Part shown: piece by piece, positions 29,883 through 38,888 of the stretch
Position numbering within the stretch: the stretch's first letter is position 1
Layout: every line of letters begins with the position of its first letter
Source: Candidatus Latescibacterota bacterium
GTDB taxonomy: Bacteria > Latescibacterota > UBA2968 > GCA-2709665
Reading direction: 5' to 3'
DNA: 64,000 bases
Assembly: GCA_965219455.1 (NCBI GenBank)
Contig: OZ244744.1
Span: 5,216,001-5,280,000, forward strand
Program-made: the position numbers and the translations under genes
Notes under the pieces: generated by a model
What the model saw: only the letters and a program-made list of their open reading frames with translations
Told to the model about the DNA's origin: nothing
The model's database searches: none

Positions 29883-30785
29883 ATGGAGAAAATCGGGTTT
29901 ATCGGGCTGGGCATCATGGGCAAACCGATGGCGATCAATCTCATCAGGGCCGGGTACGATCTGACGATCTACGCGCGCCGGCCTGAGGTCATTGGAGAAA
30001 TGGAGGGGTTGGGCGCCAAAGCGGTGGAATCTCCCGCCGCCGTCGCGGAAGGCACGGACATCGTGATTACGATCGTGACGGCGGATCCGGAAGTGCGGGA
30101 AGTGATCCTCGGTGAAAACGGCGTATTGGAAGGCGCATCCGAGGGCAACCTGATCGTGGACATGAGTACCATCTCGCCTCTCACGATCCTGGAGGTTGCG
30201 GAGAAGGCGGCCGCAAAGGGTGTCGCGGTGATGGATGCGCCCGTGAGCGGTGGAGATGCGGGGGCGATAAACGGAACACTGACGATCATCGCCGGTGGAA
30301 AAGCAGGGGATTTCGAGCGCTGCAGAGGGTTGTTTAACGCGATGGGCAAGGAGGAAAACATCTTCCACGTCGGATCCGCAGGCGTGGGGCAGACCGTGAA
30401 GATCGTCAATCAGCTGATCGGCGGCATCAATATGGCAGCCATCGCAGAGGGTTTGATCCTCGGTATCCGGGCGGGCGCGGACCCCGAAGTGATGCGCCAG
30501 GTGATCAGTGTGAGTTCGGCAAATTCCACATTGTTTCAGATCCGTGTATCGGACTTCCTGCTGGCGAATTCGTTTGCGCCTGGATTTATGCTGGATCTGA
30601 TGAAGAAGGATCTGGCAATCGGGGTGGATCTTGGCAAGGCATTGAATGTCCCAATGCCCATCGGCGCGGCAACCTACCAGATGTACGCGGCCGCAAGCAG
30701 TCTCGGCGCTGGCAACCTGGATTTCTCCGCCGTATGCAGGGCGGCTGAACATCTGAGCGGGACAGAGATTCGTTCGGGTGGCTGA
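29883..30785 (+). CDS. NAD(P)-dependent beta-hydroxyacid dehydrogenase (2-hydroxy-3-oxopropionate reductase / 3-hydroxyisobutyrate dehydrogenase family)
   Basis: IGFIGLGIMG.PMA.NL, DMSTISP, DAPVSGG..GA..GTL, G.GQ..K..NQ, LM.KDL. AAGGAGG RBS. Confidence 0.9.
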   Translation: MEKIGFIGLGIMGKPMAINLIRAGYDLTIYARRPEVIGEMEGLGAKAVESPAAVAEGTDIVITIVTADPEVREVILGENGVLEGASEGNLIVDMSTISPLTILEVAEKAAAKGVAVMDAPVSGGDAGAINGTLTIIAGGKAGDFERCRGLFNAMGKEENIFHVGSAGVGQTVKIVNQLIGGINMAAIAEGLILGIRAGADPEVMRQVISVSSANSTLFQIRVSDFLLANSFAPGFMLDLMKKDLAIGVDLGKALNVPMPIGAATYQMYAAASSLGAGNLDFSAVCRAAEHLSGTEIRSGG

Positions 30786-30791
30786 GACCCG

Positions 30792-32333
30792 TTATCGGGT
30801 GCTGTATTTCCGTGCGAATATTTCTCTCAACACAGCTTTCTGCACTTTCCCCGTGGCGGTTGTTACCGGGAGTTCACTGACAATTTCCACCCACCTGGGT
30901 TTCTTGAATCCAGCCAGCCGGGCGCGCACGTAATTGGAGACCTCATCGGGCGTGAGAACTGCACCATCAATCGCCACAACCGCCGCCAATACGGATTCGC
31001 CCCATTCCCTGTCCGGGATGCCCACCACCGCAGCGTCACGGATCTTCGGGTTCTCCTTTAACAGGCGTTCGATTTCCAGTGGATAGATATTCTCTCCGCC
31101 ACTGATAATCATATCCTTTGCCCTGCCCGACAGGTAGAGATAGCCATCGTTGTCAATTCTACCCAGATCTCCGGTGTACAACCAACCACCCTTCAGTGCC
31201 TCGTGTGTTTTCTCGGGCCTGTCCCAGTATCCTAGCATCGTAGACGCCGTCTTCGCGACAACCTCGCCTACCTCCCCGGGAGTTAAGGGTTTGCCACACG
31301 AATCCACGACGCCGATTTCTACCGACGGCATGGGTCGGCCCACCGAGCCTAGTTTGCCCAGGTCGTTTTCCGTGAGACGGCAGACCGTAAGGATGCAGCC
31401 GGCCTCAGTGAGCCCGTAAGTGACGTAAACGTCGGCTTCGAATGTGGCCAGGATGTCCTTGAGTAGCGCCGTCGGGAAGGTATCCGACGAACCCAGACAG
31501 CGCTGGATCGAAGTGACTTCGTAGTTTCTCCGGTGTTGACGCGCAAGAATCCAACGCCAGACCGTCGGTACACAGAAAATGTTGGTTGCCTTGTGCAACG
31601 CAGCGGCCGAAAGAATGGCGTCCGGGTCCGCGCCGTCCAGAATCACGAGGGTGGCACCCACCAGGAAGTGTGGAAGCACCAGACAGTCTGGGCCGCCGGT
31701 GTGGAAGAGCGGGTAGACGACCAGGCCGACGTCATCGCTGTGCCCTCCCGTTGAGAGGGCAAGGGAGAGGGCCTGAAGGTAATGGCTTTTATGCGAGAAA
31801 ACCGCGCCTTTGGGAGACCCTGTCGTACCGCTGGTGTACAGGATGATATGAGGGTCGTCCTCGTCGAGTTCGACACCCGGTTCGTCTGCTGGAGATCTGG
31901 CCGCAACATCCTCCAGGCGTCTGCCGCCGGTATCGCCGATGGTAAGCGTCCACTCCAATTTGGATAGGTCGCCGACGCCGGCAACGACGTCTACGAAGCG
32001 ACTTTGGTAGATCAGGCCACGGGCGCCGGACTGGTGGAGTGTATAGTGGATTTCCTGGCTACGGTACCAGAAATTGACCGGAACTACAATGGCGCCCAGT
32101 TTGGCCAGCGCGAAGTAGATGGCAATGTAGATGTCGGAATTTCGACTCAGAACGCCGATTCGGTCGCCCTTCCGGACGCCCAGATCCAGAAGGCCGTTGG
32201 CAACGCGGTTGGTCTGGGCGTTCAACTCGGCATAGGTGAGTGTACGGTTGCCGAAGATTGTCGCGGTTTTATGTCCAAGGCCCGGATCCCGCGCGTTTTT
32301 TTGAAGAATTTTTCCCAATAACATCCCGTCCAT
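30792..32333 (-). CDS. Acyl-CoA synthetase (AMP-forming, long-chain-fatty-acid-CoA ligase family)
   Basis: YTSGTTGSPKG, YGLTE, TGDLG, GRAKDMIISGGENIYP.EIE, GKVQK. Confidence 0.92.
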   Translation of the reverse strand: MDGMLLGKILQKNARDPGLGHKTATIFGNRTLTYAELNAQTNRVANGLLDLGVRKGDRIGVLSRNSDIYIAIYFALAKLGAIVVPVNFWYRSQEIHYTLHQSGARGLIYQSRFVDVVAGVGDLSKLEWTLTIGDTGGRRLEDVAARSPADEPGVELDEDDPHIILYTSGTTGSPKGAVFSHKSHYLQALSLALSTGGHSDDVGLVVYPLFHTGGPDCLVLPHFLVGATLVILDGADPDAILSAAALHKATNIFCVPTVWRWILARQHRRNYEVTSIQRCLGSSDTFPTALLKDILATFEADVYVTYGLTEAGCILTVCRLTENDLGKLGSVGRPMPSVEIGVVDSCGKPLTPGEVGEVVAKTASTMLGYWDRPEKTHEALKGGWLYTGDLGRIDNDGYLYLSGRAKDMIISGGENIYPLEIERLLKENPKIRDAAVVGIPDREWGESVLAAVVAIDGAVLTPDEVSNYVRARLAGFKKPRWVEIVSELPVTTATGKVQKAVLREIFARKYSTR

Positions 32334-32359
32334 CGTCTGTCTGTCCCCAGAAAATCACG

Positions 32360-32388
32360 AGGGGCGCGATGACTCTGTACGCGCCCCT
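32360..32388 (-). terminator. Possible terminator hairpin
   Basis: aggggcgcg-N11-cgcgcccct, followed on - by gtgattttct. Confidence 0.4.
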
Positions 32389-32421
32389 GCGGTGTTTACA
32401 TGGTCCTGCCAAGTAGTGAAT

Positions 32422-32982
32422 TTACTTCGGAAGTACCCCCAGTTGGTCCGCAAATCGCCGCCACGTGTCCATGGTGCCGTCTTTGAAGGTGACGCTGAAG
32501 ACCACACTATCGATCGCTGCAATGCTGATGTCTTCGTACATCTGGGTTGCGCCGTCGGCACTTTGAAGGGTAACGTGGTTACCGTTTACGACCATGTCGC
32601 CGGTTGTGGTTTTGTCGGGCGCGTTATAAATTTCTTGAGGTGAGGTACTGTAGCCGCCGCCGATGTCCAGATATTCGCCCAGGGTGTAAGATTGCGATTC
32701 GACGGCTTCCGACTGAAAGCTGTACGTGTATCCTGAAACCTGGATTTGATCCTGGCCCAGAGAGATCGAGGCCGTAATATGAGCCGTGGTCGTGCCCGTG
32801 GGGTACCACTCGTAATGACCACTTACTGCAGGCGGTTGCAGAATTTCTCCGTCTGGCATCTGTCGACGTTCCAAACGCCATTTGCCACGAAATCCGAACT
32901 GGTATTGTGTTTCGTCGGCGCAACCTGTGATCAGCGTAACCGTCAATCCGACGAGCAGTGCGCGGGTCAGGGTTTTGAACAT
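32422..32982 (-). CDS. Putative lipoprotein, lipocalin-like beta-barrel
   Basis: GAGGAGG RBS; MFK..hydrophobic..ITGC lipobox; G.W.L near the N-terminus and W.R near the C-terminus. The track's 33525 start overlaps the argE-like gene. Confidence 0.7.
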   Translation of the reverse strand: MFKTLTRALLVGLTVTLITGCADETQYQFGFRGKWRLERRQMPDGEILQPPAVSGHYEWYPTGTTTAHITASISLGQDQIQVSGYTYSFQSEAVESQSYTLGEYLDIGGGYSTSPQEIYNAPDKTTTGDMVVNGNHVTLQSADGATQMYEDISIAAIDSVVFSVTFKDGTMDTWRRFADQLGVLPK

Positions 32983-33103
32983 CCAATATCCTCCTCGCCT
33001 TGTTCGAGAAAAGCTGTCCCCGTTCCAGTTTTGAAACGTCGTGCGGCACCGGATTCGCGAACGAATCGTAGGTCGCGCTGCCGAACTTCCACGGGTCAGC
33101 TTC

Positions 33104-34228
33104 TCAGGCGGGATTTTCGATGCAGAAACGATGTACCATTTTTGTGAAGACGTCCGAACCCTTGAGGAGTTGATCCCTGGCGATCCATTCGTCCACCGTG
33201 TGCGCCTGCTGTATATTGCCCGGCCCCATGACAACCAGTTCCATCGTCTTTCCGAATACCATGCCATCCGTTCCGTAGGCGACGGTTTTGGGTTTCCTTT
33301 TACCCGTGATCTGTAGCGCCTCACGCACAATCGGAGAATCCGTGTTCGTGTTAAGCGGACCGAGGGCTTTCGGCAGTTTAATCTGTACTCCATGCTTTTC
33401 GGCCAGGCGTACCACGCGATTAATGATGGGCTTCCAGTTCTGGTCTGGCATGGGACGACAGTTAATGACGGCCCGGCTAACGGGCGCCGTGACATTGGCG
33501 GCCGTATCGCCGTCGGAAAAAACAATATTCAGCGTTCCGTGGGGTGGATCGAACGCCTCGTTCCGATACCGGGGATCCGTGCGCAACGTGTCGTCCAGTC
33601 TGACAACATCGTTCAAAAACGGGATAAGTTTGTGATTCGCGTTCACACCCTTGCCGGTACTGCTGTGTGCTGCTCTGCCCCGTGCCATCGCTTCGAATTT
33701 GAGCGAGCCCTTGTGGGCATATACCACGTCGAGGAGCGTGGGTTCGCCGACGATACCGAATCGGACTTTGGACGATTTGAGCGTTTTAGATCTCAGGGCG
33801 ACGGCCCTGGCGCCGCCGCAGTCAGTTTCTTCGTCGGCGGTTACGATAACGTAGACAGGAACCTTGAGTTCTTTTTCGGTGAATGCATTCGCGGCTGCGA
33901 TCATACAGGCGACGGACCCCTTCATGTCGGCACTGCCCCGGCCGTACAGCCTGCCCTGTCTGGCCGAAAGCTTAAACGGATCCGAATCCCATCCTTCGGC
34001 CGGAACCACGTCTGAATGGGCGAGCAGGGCAACGCCCCCTTGCCCCCTGCCTTTTTTCCCGATAACGTTTGTTTTCGGCGTGCCCTCGTGGTCCTTGTAA
34101 TTGACGAATTCGACCGACATGCCCGCCTTGCACATCCATTTGGAAATAGCCTGGGATACCGGTGTATTACTGAATTGACTGGCCGAGTTGTAAGAAACCA
34201 GGTCGGCAGTGATTTCAACCACATCCAT
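33104..34228 (-). CDS. argE: M20 family metallopeptidase, acetylornithine deacetylase-like
   Basis: HSDVVP, GRGSADMKG, DEE, VGEPT, HKG, AHSS, GPG...AHT.DE. Confidence 0.8.
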   Translation of the reverse strand: MDVVEITADLVSYNSASQFSNTPVSQAISKWMCKAGMSVEFVNYKDHEGTPKTNVIGKKGRGQGGVALLAHSDVVPAEGWDSDPFKLSARQGRLYGRGSADMKGSVACMIAAANAFTEKELKVPVYVIVTADEETDCGGARAVALRSKTLKSSKVRFGIVGEPTLLDVVYAHKGSLKFEAMARGRAAHSSTGKGVNANHKLIPFLNDVVRLDDTLRTDPRYRNEAFDPPHGTLNIVFSDGDTAANVTAPVSRAVINCRPMPDQNWKPIINRVVRLAEKHGVQIKLPKALGPLNTNTDSPIVREALQITGKRKPKTVAYGTDGMVFGKTMELVVMGPGNIQQAHTVDEWIARDQLLKGSDVFTKMVHRFCIENPA

Positions 34229-34337
34229 GGGAAGCTCCTCTACATGACTCCGCCCGGGCACACGGGATACGGAAAAAACGGCACCGGACGTCGTTCCGGA
34301 TACGAACCCCTCTTTCTGTGGTCGGGCGTTGGCATGC

Positions 34338-35369
34338 CTATCCTGCCAATTCTTTGCGGACGATTTCGACGCCTTTAACCATATTCCGGAGTTTCTGGAA
34401 GGCCAGCCATCTGGGCAACTGAAAGAAACCGCAGTCCGGCGTGACGGTCAGTTTTTCCGGTGGGACGTGTTGAAGGGTCAGTCGCACCCGTTCTGCGACA
34501 TCGTCGGGCGTTTCAACGTAAAAGGATTTGATGTCGACCAGGCCGGCGGCGACCTCCTTCACCTTTGCGATTTCCCCGCAAAGTTCCAGTTCCACAAGTT
34601 CCCGGTTCGCGAATTCCAGGGAGATCTGTTCGGCGTCGGCGCGAAGGATGTCTTCCAGCATCCAGTCGTACCGGCGTTTTCCCCGAGGGCGGCTGCCCAG
34701 GTTTCCGAAACAGACGTGCAGGCCGATCCTGGCGTTAACACCTTTCACGGTTTCGTTGAACAGGTCAATCCAGCTACCGGCGTCTCCGGGTACAATGGAA
34801 AACGAGGGCTCGTCAAGCTGGATGAATTCCGCCCCTGCGGCTGCGAGTCGTTTGAGTTCACGGTTAACCACTCCAGCGAACTCGTAAGCGAGTTCGATTC
34901 GGTCTTTGTAAATGCGGTCGTCTTTCAACTGGATGTGTATGGTAAGCGTCAGCGGACCGGGGCAGGTCGCTTTCAATGGATGATCCGTGACCGACCTGGC
35001 GAATTGAAACTCCTCCACAATGCCCAGGCCATCGGGCACCTGGATCCGTTCTTCCGGCCACCATCGCGGGACGCTGTCGTAGCCGTAAACACCCGTTCGC
35101 CGGAGTGTCGGCCGGGACGCAAGTCCCTTGAAACGGCGGTAGAAGCTCTGTACGAAATACCAGCGCCGCATCTCGCCGTCCGAGATCAGATCCACGCCCG
35201 CTCTTCTCTGATCCAGCATCGCGAGATGCACGGCGTCGTCGAAGGTCTCGCGAATGTCAGTGGCACCGAATTCGCCCTGGTCGATCTGCTCCACGGCCGT
35301 CCAGAACCAACCTGGCAGTGCGTAGCTTCCGATCACACTTGTGGGTATTAGAGGTAATTCTCGACTCAT
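34338..35369 (-). CDS. Cobalamin-independent methionine synthase II family, catalytic domain only
   Basis: TSVIGSY, AG.D.ISDGE.RR, GP.T, IQLDEP, Zn ligands HVC / E / PDCG. Confidence 0.85.
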   Translation of the reverse strand: MSRELPLIPTSVIGSYALPGWFWTAVEQIDQGEFGATDIRETFDDAVHLAMLDQRRAGVDLISDGEMRRWYFVQSFYRRFKGLASRPTLRRTGVYGYDSVPRWWPEERIQVPDGLGIVEEFQFARSVTDHPLKATCPGPLTLTIHIQLKDDRIYKDRIELAYEFAGVVNRELKRLAAAGAEFIQLDEPSFSIVPGDAGSWIDLFNETVKGVNARIGLHVCFGNLGSRPRGKRRYDWMLEDILRADAEQISLEFANRELVELELCGEIAKVKEVAAGLVDIKSFYVETPDDVAERVRLTLQHVPPEKLTVTPDCGFFQLPRWLAFQKLRNMVKGVEIVRKELAG

Positions 35370-35508
35370 GGCGCGTTTGGCGATGTGCTGTGCAACGTGA
35401 GACGCTGGCATGGAAGGTCATGCGGGAATCGTATAAGAAGCCATGATAGGCCTGTTTTGTCAAGCAGAAACGTGGCGGACGGGCCAGGATGGGTGAGGGA
35501 AACGGGCA

Positions 35509-35537
35509 TTGACTTGCGATCCCGCATAGACTATCTT
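35509..35537 (+). promoter_or_regulatory. Putative sigma70 promoter for ggt
   Basis: TTGACT-N17-TATCTT. Confidence 0.45.
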
Positions 35538-35718
35538 CCGCATACCCAACGGCTGTCGAGGTACGGGATCCGACAGCCCGTCTCGAAATTGGAAGCCTTA
35601 CGGATTTTTCCGTAACGTCGCAAAAGCACAAGATCCAGTTCACGATGGAACGGCAGCGGTGTACCAGGCCCCTCGCTGATCCGGAACCCGAGGGACCTAT
35701 CGGTAAGGAATTCAATCA

Positions 35719-37347
35719 ATGGCTTTTGCTTCTGTCGGAACGGTGCATCGGTCCACGGTGACGGGCACCCGCGGAATGGTTGCAAGCGCACACCCGTTGG
35801 CAAGCCTCGCAGGGGTCCGCATGCTCCTTGAGCAGGGCAATGCATTCGACGCGGCGGTTGCTGTCGCGGCGGCGCTGAATGTGGTCGAGCCCTATATGTC
35901 GGGCATTGCCGGGGTAGGATATGCGCTCATATATTCCGCCGCGGAAAGCCGCGTGCGTGTTTTGGATTATTGCGGGCGTACGCCGCACGGTGCGACCTCG
36001 GAGGCGTTCCAGACGACCGACATGCAGGACGGCGGGGTGATGTCGTGTCTGGTACCCGGGGCCTGCGGAGGATGGCTGGAGCTTCTTGAAAGATACGGTA
36101 CGATGGACCGGGAAACCGTATTCGGCCCTGCAATCGAACTGGCGGAGAACGGGTTCTCGGCCACGGTGAAGAATTCCAGATTCATGCAGGATGCCGTGCC
36201 CAGAATGCGGCCTACTGGCGCCGAGGTGATTCTGAGCCGAGGGCGGGCGCCTCTGCCGGGGGAAATCCTGATCCAGAGAGATCTCGCCCGGACGTTTCGA
36301 AGGGTCGTGGAAGGCGGCGCCGAGGCATTTTACCGGGGGGACCTGGGATCGGAAATCGCCGGATATGTACAGGCCGAAGGGGGGCTCCTTTCCGGAAGAG
36401 ACCTTGCGGATTTCAGGGTTGAATGGGAGGATGCCATTTCAACATCCTATCGGGGTTACCGCGTGTACTGCCCGCCGCTGCCAAGCGCCGGCTTTCACAT
36501 CCTGCAGGCGCTCAACATGCTCGAAGGATACGATCTGAAGGATATGGGGCACCATTCGGAGGAGGCGCTCCACCTGTTCATCGAAGTCCTGAAGCTGGGC
36601 AACACCGACCGGGTGGCCTATGCCGCCGCGCAGGACGCTCCTCTTGATGGATTGCTTTCAAAGGCATATGCGGAGGATCGCACGGGACTGATTGGCGAGC
36701 GTGCCGCGGTGAACCCGGGTGAATATTTCTCAGCGGCCGGGCTTCCGGGTGAGGTGCCGCCGGGACAGCCTGGCGCGTGGCTCAACGATTGTACGACGCA
36801 CTTCGACGTGGTCGATGCCGCTGGCAACGCCGTGGCCGTTACGCAGAGCCTCGGCTCCGGATTCGGATCGGGGGTGGTTCTCGGGAAGACCGGCATGTTC
36901 CTGAACAATTTCATCAAATGGGCGGACACCGTGCCAGGCAGCCCCAATTGCATCGAACCCCATAAGAAGATCGATATGTGTCTTTCGCCGTGCCAGATCT
37001 TTAAAGACGGTCGTCTTGTGGCGGCTCTTGGTACCCCGGGAAGTTGGGGTATTCAGCAGACGACGACCCAATTCACAACCAATTTCCTGGATTACGGGAT
37101 GAACATTCAAGCGGCAATCGAGGCTCCCAGATTCCGCTTTCAACATGCCGGCACCCGCGTATATATGGAGTCCCGCGTGCCTGAAAAGACCCGTTCCGGC
37201 CTGGTTCGCCGAGGGCATCAGATCGACGTTGTCGACGCATTTTCGCCCGTAACAGGTGGGGCACAGGGTATTGCCGTGGATCAGGAAGGCTGCGCGCTTA
37301 TGGGGGGTGCCGATCCAAGACGGGATGGCTATGCGATTGGAATCTGA
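35719..37347 (+). CDS. ggt: Gamma-glutamyltransferase family protein (no signal peptide)
   Basis: GMVAS.HPLA, GNAFDAAVA, TTHF.VVD..GN (Thr nucleophile), GTPG, GGADPRRDG. Confidence 0.92.
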   Translation: MAFASVGTVHRSTVTGTRGMVASAHPLASLAGVRMLLEQGNAFDAAVAVAAALNVVEPYMSGIAGVGYALIYSAAESRVRVLDYCGRTPHGATSEAFQTTDMQDGGVMSCLVPGACGGWLELLERYGTMDRETVFGPAIELAENGFSATVKNSRFMQDAVPRMRPTGAEVILSRGRAPLPGEILIQRDLARTFRRVVEGGAEAFYRGDLGSEIAGYVQAEGGLLSGRDLADFRVEWEDAISTSYRGYRVYCPPLPSAGFHILQALNMLEGYDLKDMGHHSEEALHLFIEVLKLGNTDRVAYAAAQDAPLDGLLSKAYAEDRTGLIGERAAVNPGEYFSAAGLPGEVPPGQPGAWLNDCTTHFDVVDAAGNAVAVTQSLGSGFGSGVVLGKTGMFLNNFIKWADTVPGSPNCIEPHKKIDMCLSPCQIFKDGRLVAALGTPGSWGIQQTTTQFTTNFLDYGMNIQAAIEAPRFRFQHAGTRVYMESRVPEKTRSGLVRRGHQIDVVDAFSPVTGGAQGIAVDQEGCALMGGADPRRDGYAIGI

Positions 37348-37418
37348 GACGTCCGGCCGTGCCCCGACGGGAGTGAAATTATAGGAGAGGGGGAACTGCC
37401 CGACTCCCGGCGCGTCAA

Positions 37419-37485
37419 AGAAGCTGTTTTAAAAGTCCTGGTGCGTTCCCGAGCGAAGACCACTAAGAGTTTTAAGACAGCTTCT
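37419..37485. mobile_element. 67-bp element bounded by 16-bp inverted repeats (IS-end or MITE remnant)
   Basis: agaagctgttttaaaa ... ttttaagacagcttct (15/16 match), AT-rich against the GC background. Confidence 0.55.
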
Positions 37486-37505
37486 AAAGGACGAAAGCCT
37501 TTGGT

Positions 37506-38864
37506 ATGAGAGAATTTTCATCTGCGCACCGGAGGCGGGTGGCGGCCGAGCCCAAGGAACCGGATCCGGCGGAGGTTCGCCGGAACAGCCGGCTCCTGAT
37601 CTTGAACGGCGGCCTGGTCTTTATGTCGATGACACTGGCCAGTTCGGATATGCTGCTGCCGGCTTTCGTACAGTCCCTTACGTCTTCGAGCGTCGCCATC
37701 GGACTGGCCGGCGCGCTGATGCGGATCGGGTGGGCGTGGCCTCAGGTATTTATTTCCCGAATTATTGAAAACAGAAAACGCAAGATGCCCTTCCTGCTTC
37801 TGGCAGGCGGGATGCGCAGTTCCGTCTGGCTGGTGATCGCAGGGCTGACGTACCTTATGGGAGGTCGTCAGCCCTTTTATTTTTTGTGCTGTTTTATGGT
37901 CCTCTATGCGATTTCCACGTCGATGATGGGTATATGGAATGTCCCCTGGATGGATATTGTAGGAAAGGTGGTCCCGCACGGCGACCGGGCGCGTCTTTTT
38001 GCGGTACGCCGGTTGTGCGGCGGAGTCACCGCCATGGCCGCTGGCGGGGCGATTTCTTTCGTGCTCAGCGACCGAAGCGGAATTTCATTTCCATCGAACT
38101 ATGCAGTGCTTTTTGTGCTGGCGGGATTGGGCAATGGACTTTCGGTTTTCGTCTTTAGCAGGATTCGGGAGCCGGTCGGCCCCGTACGGTCCCTCCGACA
38201 ACCCCTGTCGACCTACCTGAGCAGCGGGCTGCGGCTTCTGAAGAACGATGCCAACTACAGGCGATTGTGTGGGATGCAACTTCTGTGGTCGTTTATAATG
38301 ATGGGATCGACTTTTTACGTGCCGTACGCGATCACGGACATGGGATTGGGACTGTTCTACGTCGGTGTTTTCGTTTCCGTGATGCAGGTGAGCACGGTGC
38401 TGTCGAACGTGTTGTGGGCCCATGTGGGGCATCGGAAAGGCAATCGGTCGTTGCTGGTCTGTGGTTCCTATCTGATGTCGGTAACCGTTGCCGTCCCGCT
38501 GCTGGCAAGGTATGTGCCGTCCGGGTCTATCGCGCCCCTTTCGGATTTGGGGATCGGGTGGGCATTCGACATGCAGGTTGTTTTTTATGCACTCACGTTT
38601 GTTTTTTCGGGTTTTGCCAGCAGCGCGATGTTCAACGGTCGAATGGGCTATGTGCTCGAACTCGCGCCGGAGAAACGCCGGCCCACGTATACCAGTTTCC
38701 TGAATATGTTTGCGCTGCCGCAGGGGATTCTACCGGTGTTTGCCGGTGTGCTGGTGGCCTGGATTTCCTATCGCCCGATGTTCTGGATCGCCATGTTTTT
38801 CGTACCATTTACGGTTTTCTTTGTGCACCGTCTTGACGACGTGGGGCACCGGCGATCCGGCTGA
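37506..38864 (+). CDS. MFS transporter
   Basis: About 12 hydrophobic segments; W.DIVGK..P...R.R.F; ELAP...RP.Y. Confidence 0.85.
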   Translation: MREFSSAHRRRVAAEPKEPDPAEVRRNSRLLILNGGLVFMSMTLASSDMLLPAFVQSLTSSSVAIGLAGALMRIGWAWPQVFISRIIENRKRKMPFLLLAGGMRSSVWLVIAGLTYLMGGRQPFYFLCCFMVLYAISTSMMGIWNVPWMDIVGKVVPHGDRARLFAVRRLCGGVTAMAAGGAISFVLSDRSGISFPSNYAVLFVLAGLGNGLSVFVFSRIREPVGPVRSLRQPLSTYLSSGLRLLKNDANYRRLCGMQLLWSFIMMGSTFYVPYAITDMGLGLFYVGVFVSVMQVSTVLSNVLWAHVGHRKGNRSLLVCGSYLMSVTVAVPLLARYVPSGSIAPLSDLGIGWAFDMQVVFYALTFVFSGFASSAMFNGRMGYVLELAPEKRRPTYTSFLNMFALPQGILPVFAGVLVAWISYRPMFWIAMFFVPFTVFFVHRLDDVGHRRSG

Positions 38865-38888
38865 AGGGAGCAGGCCGGCAATGAGCAC

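Noticed and set aside
32341-32355. ctgtccccagaaaat resembling a MITE left end
   Set aside because: There is no matching right end or internal blocks, so it is likely chance.
32983-33525. 367-aa ORF appearing to extend the lipoprotein
   Set aside because: It is an alternate frame over the argE-like gene. The strong RBS and signal peptide mark 32982 as the start.
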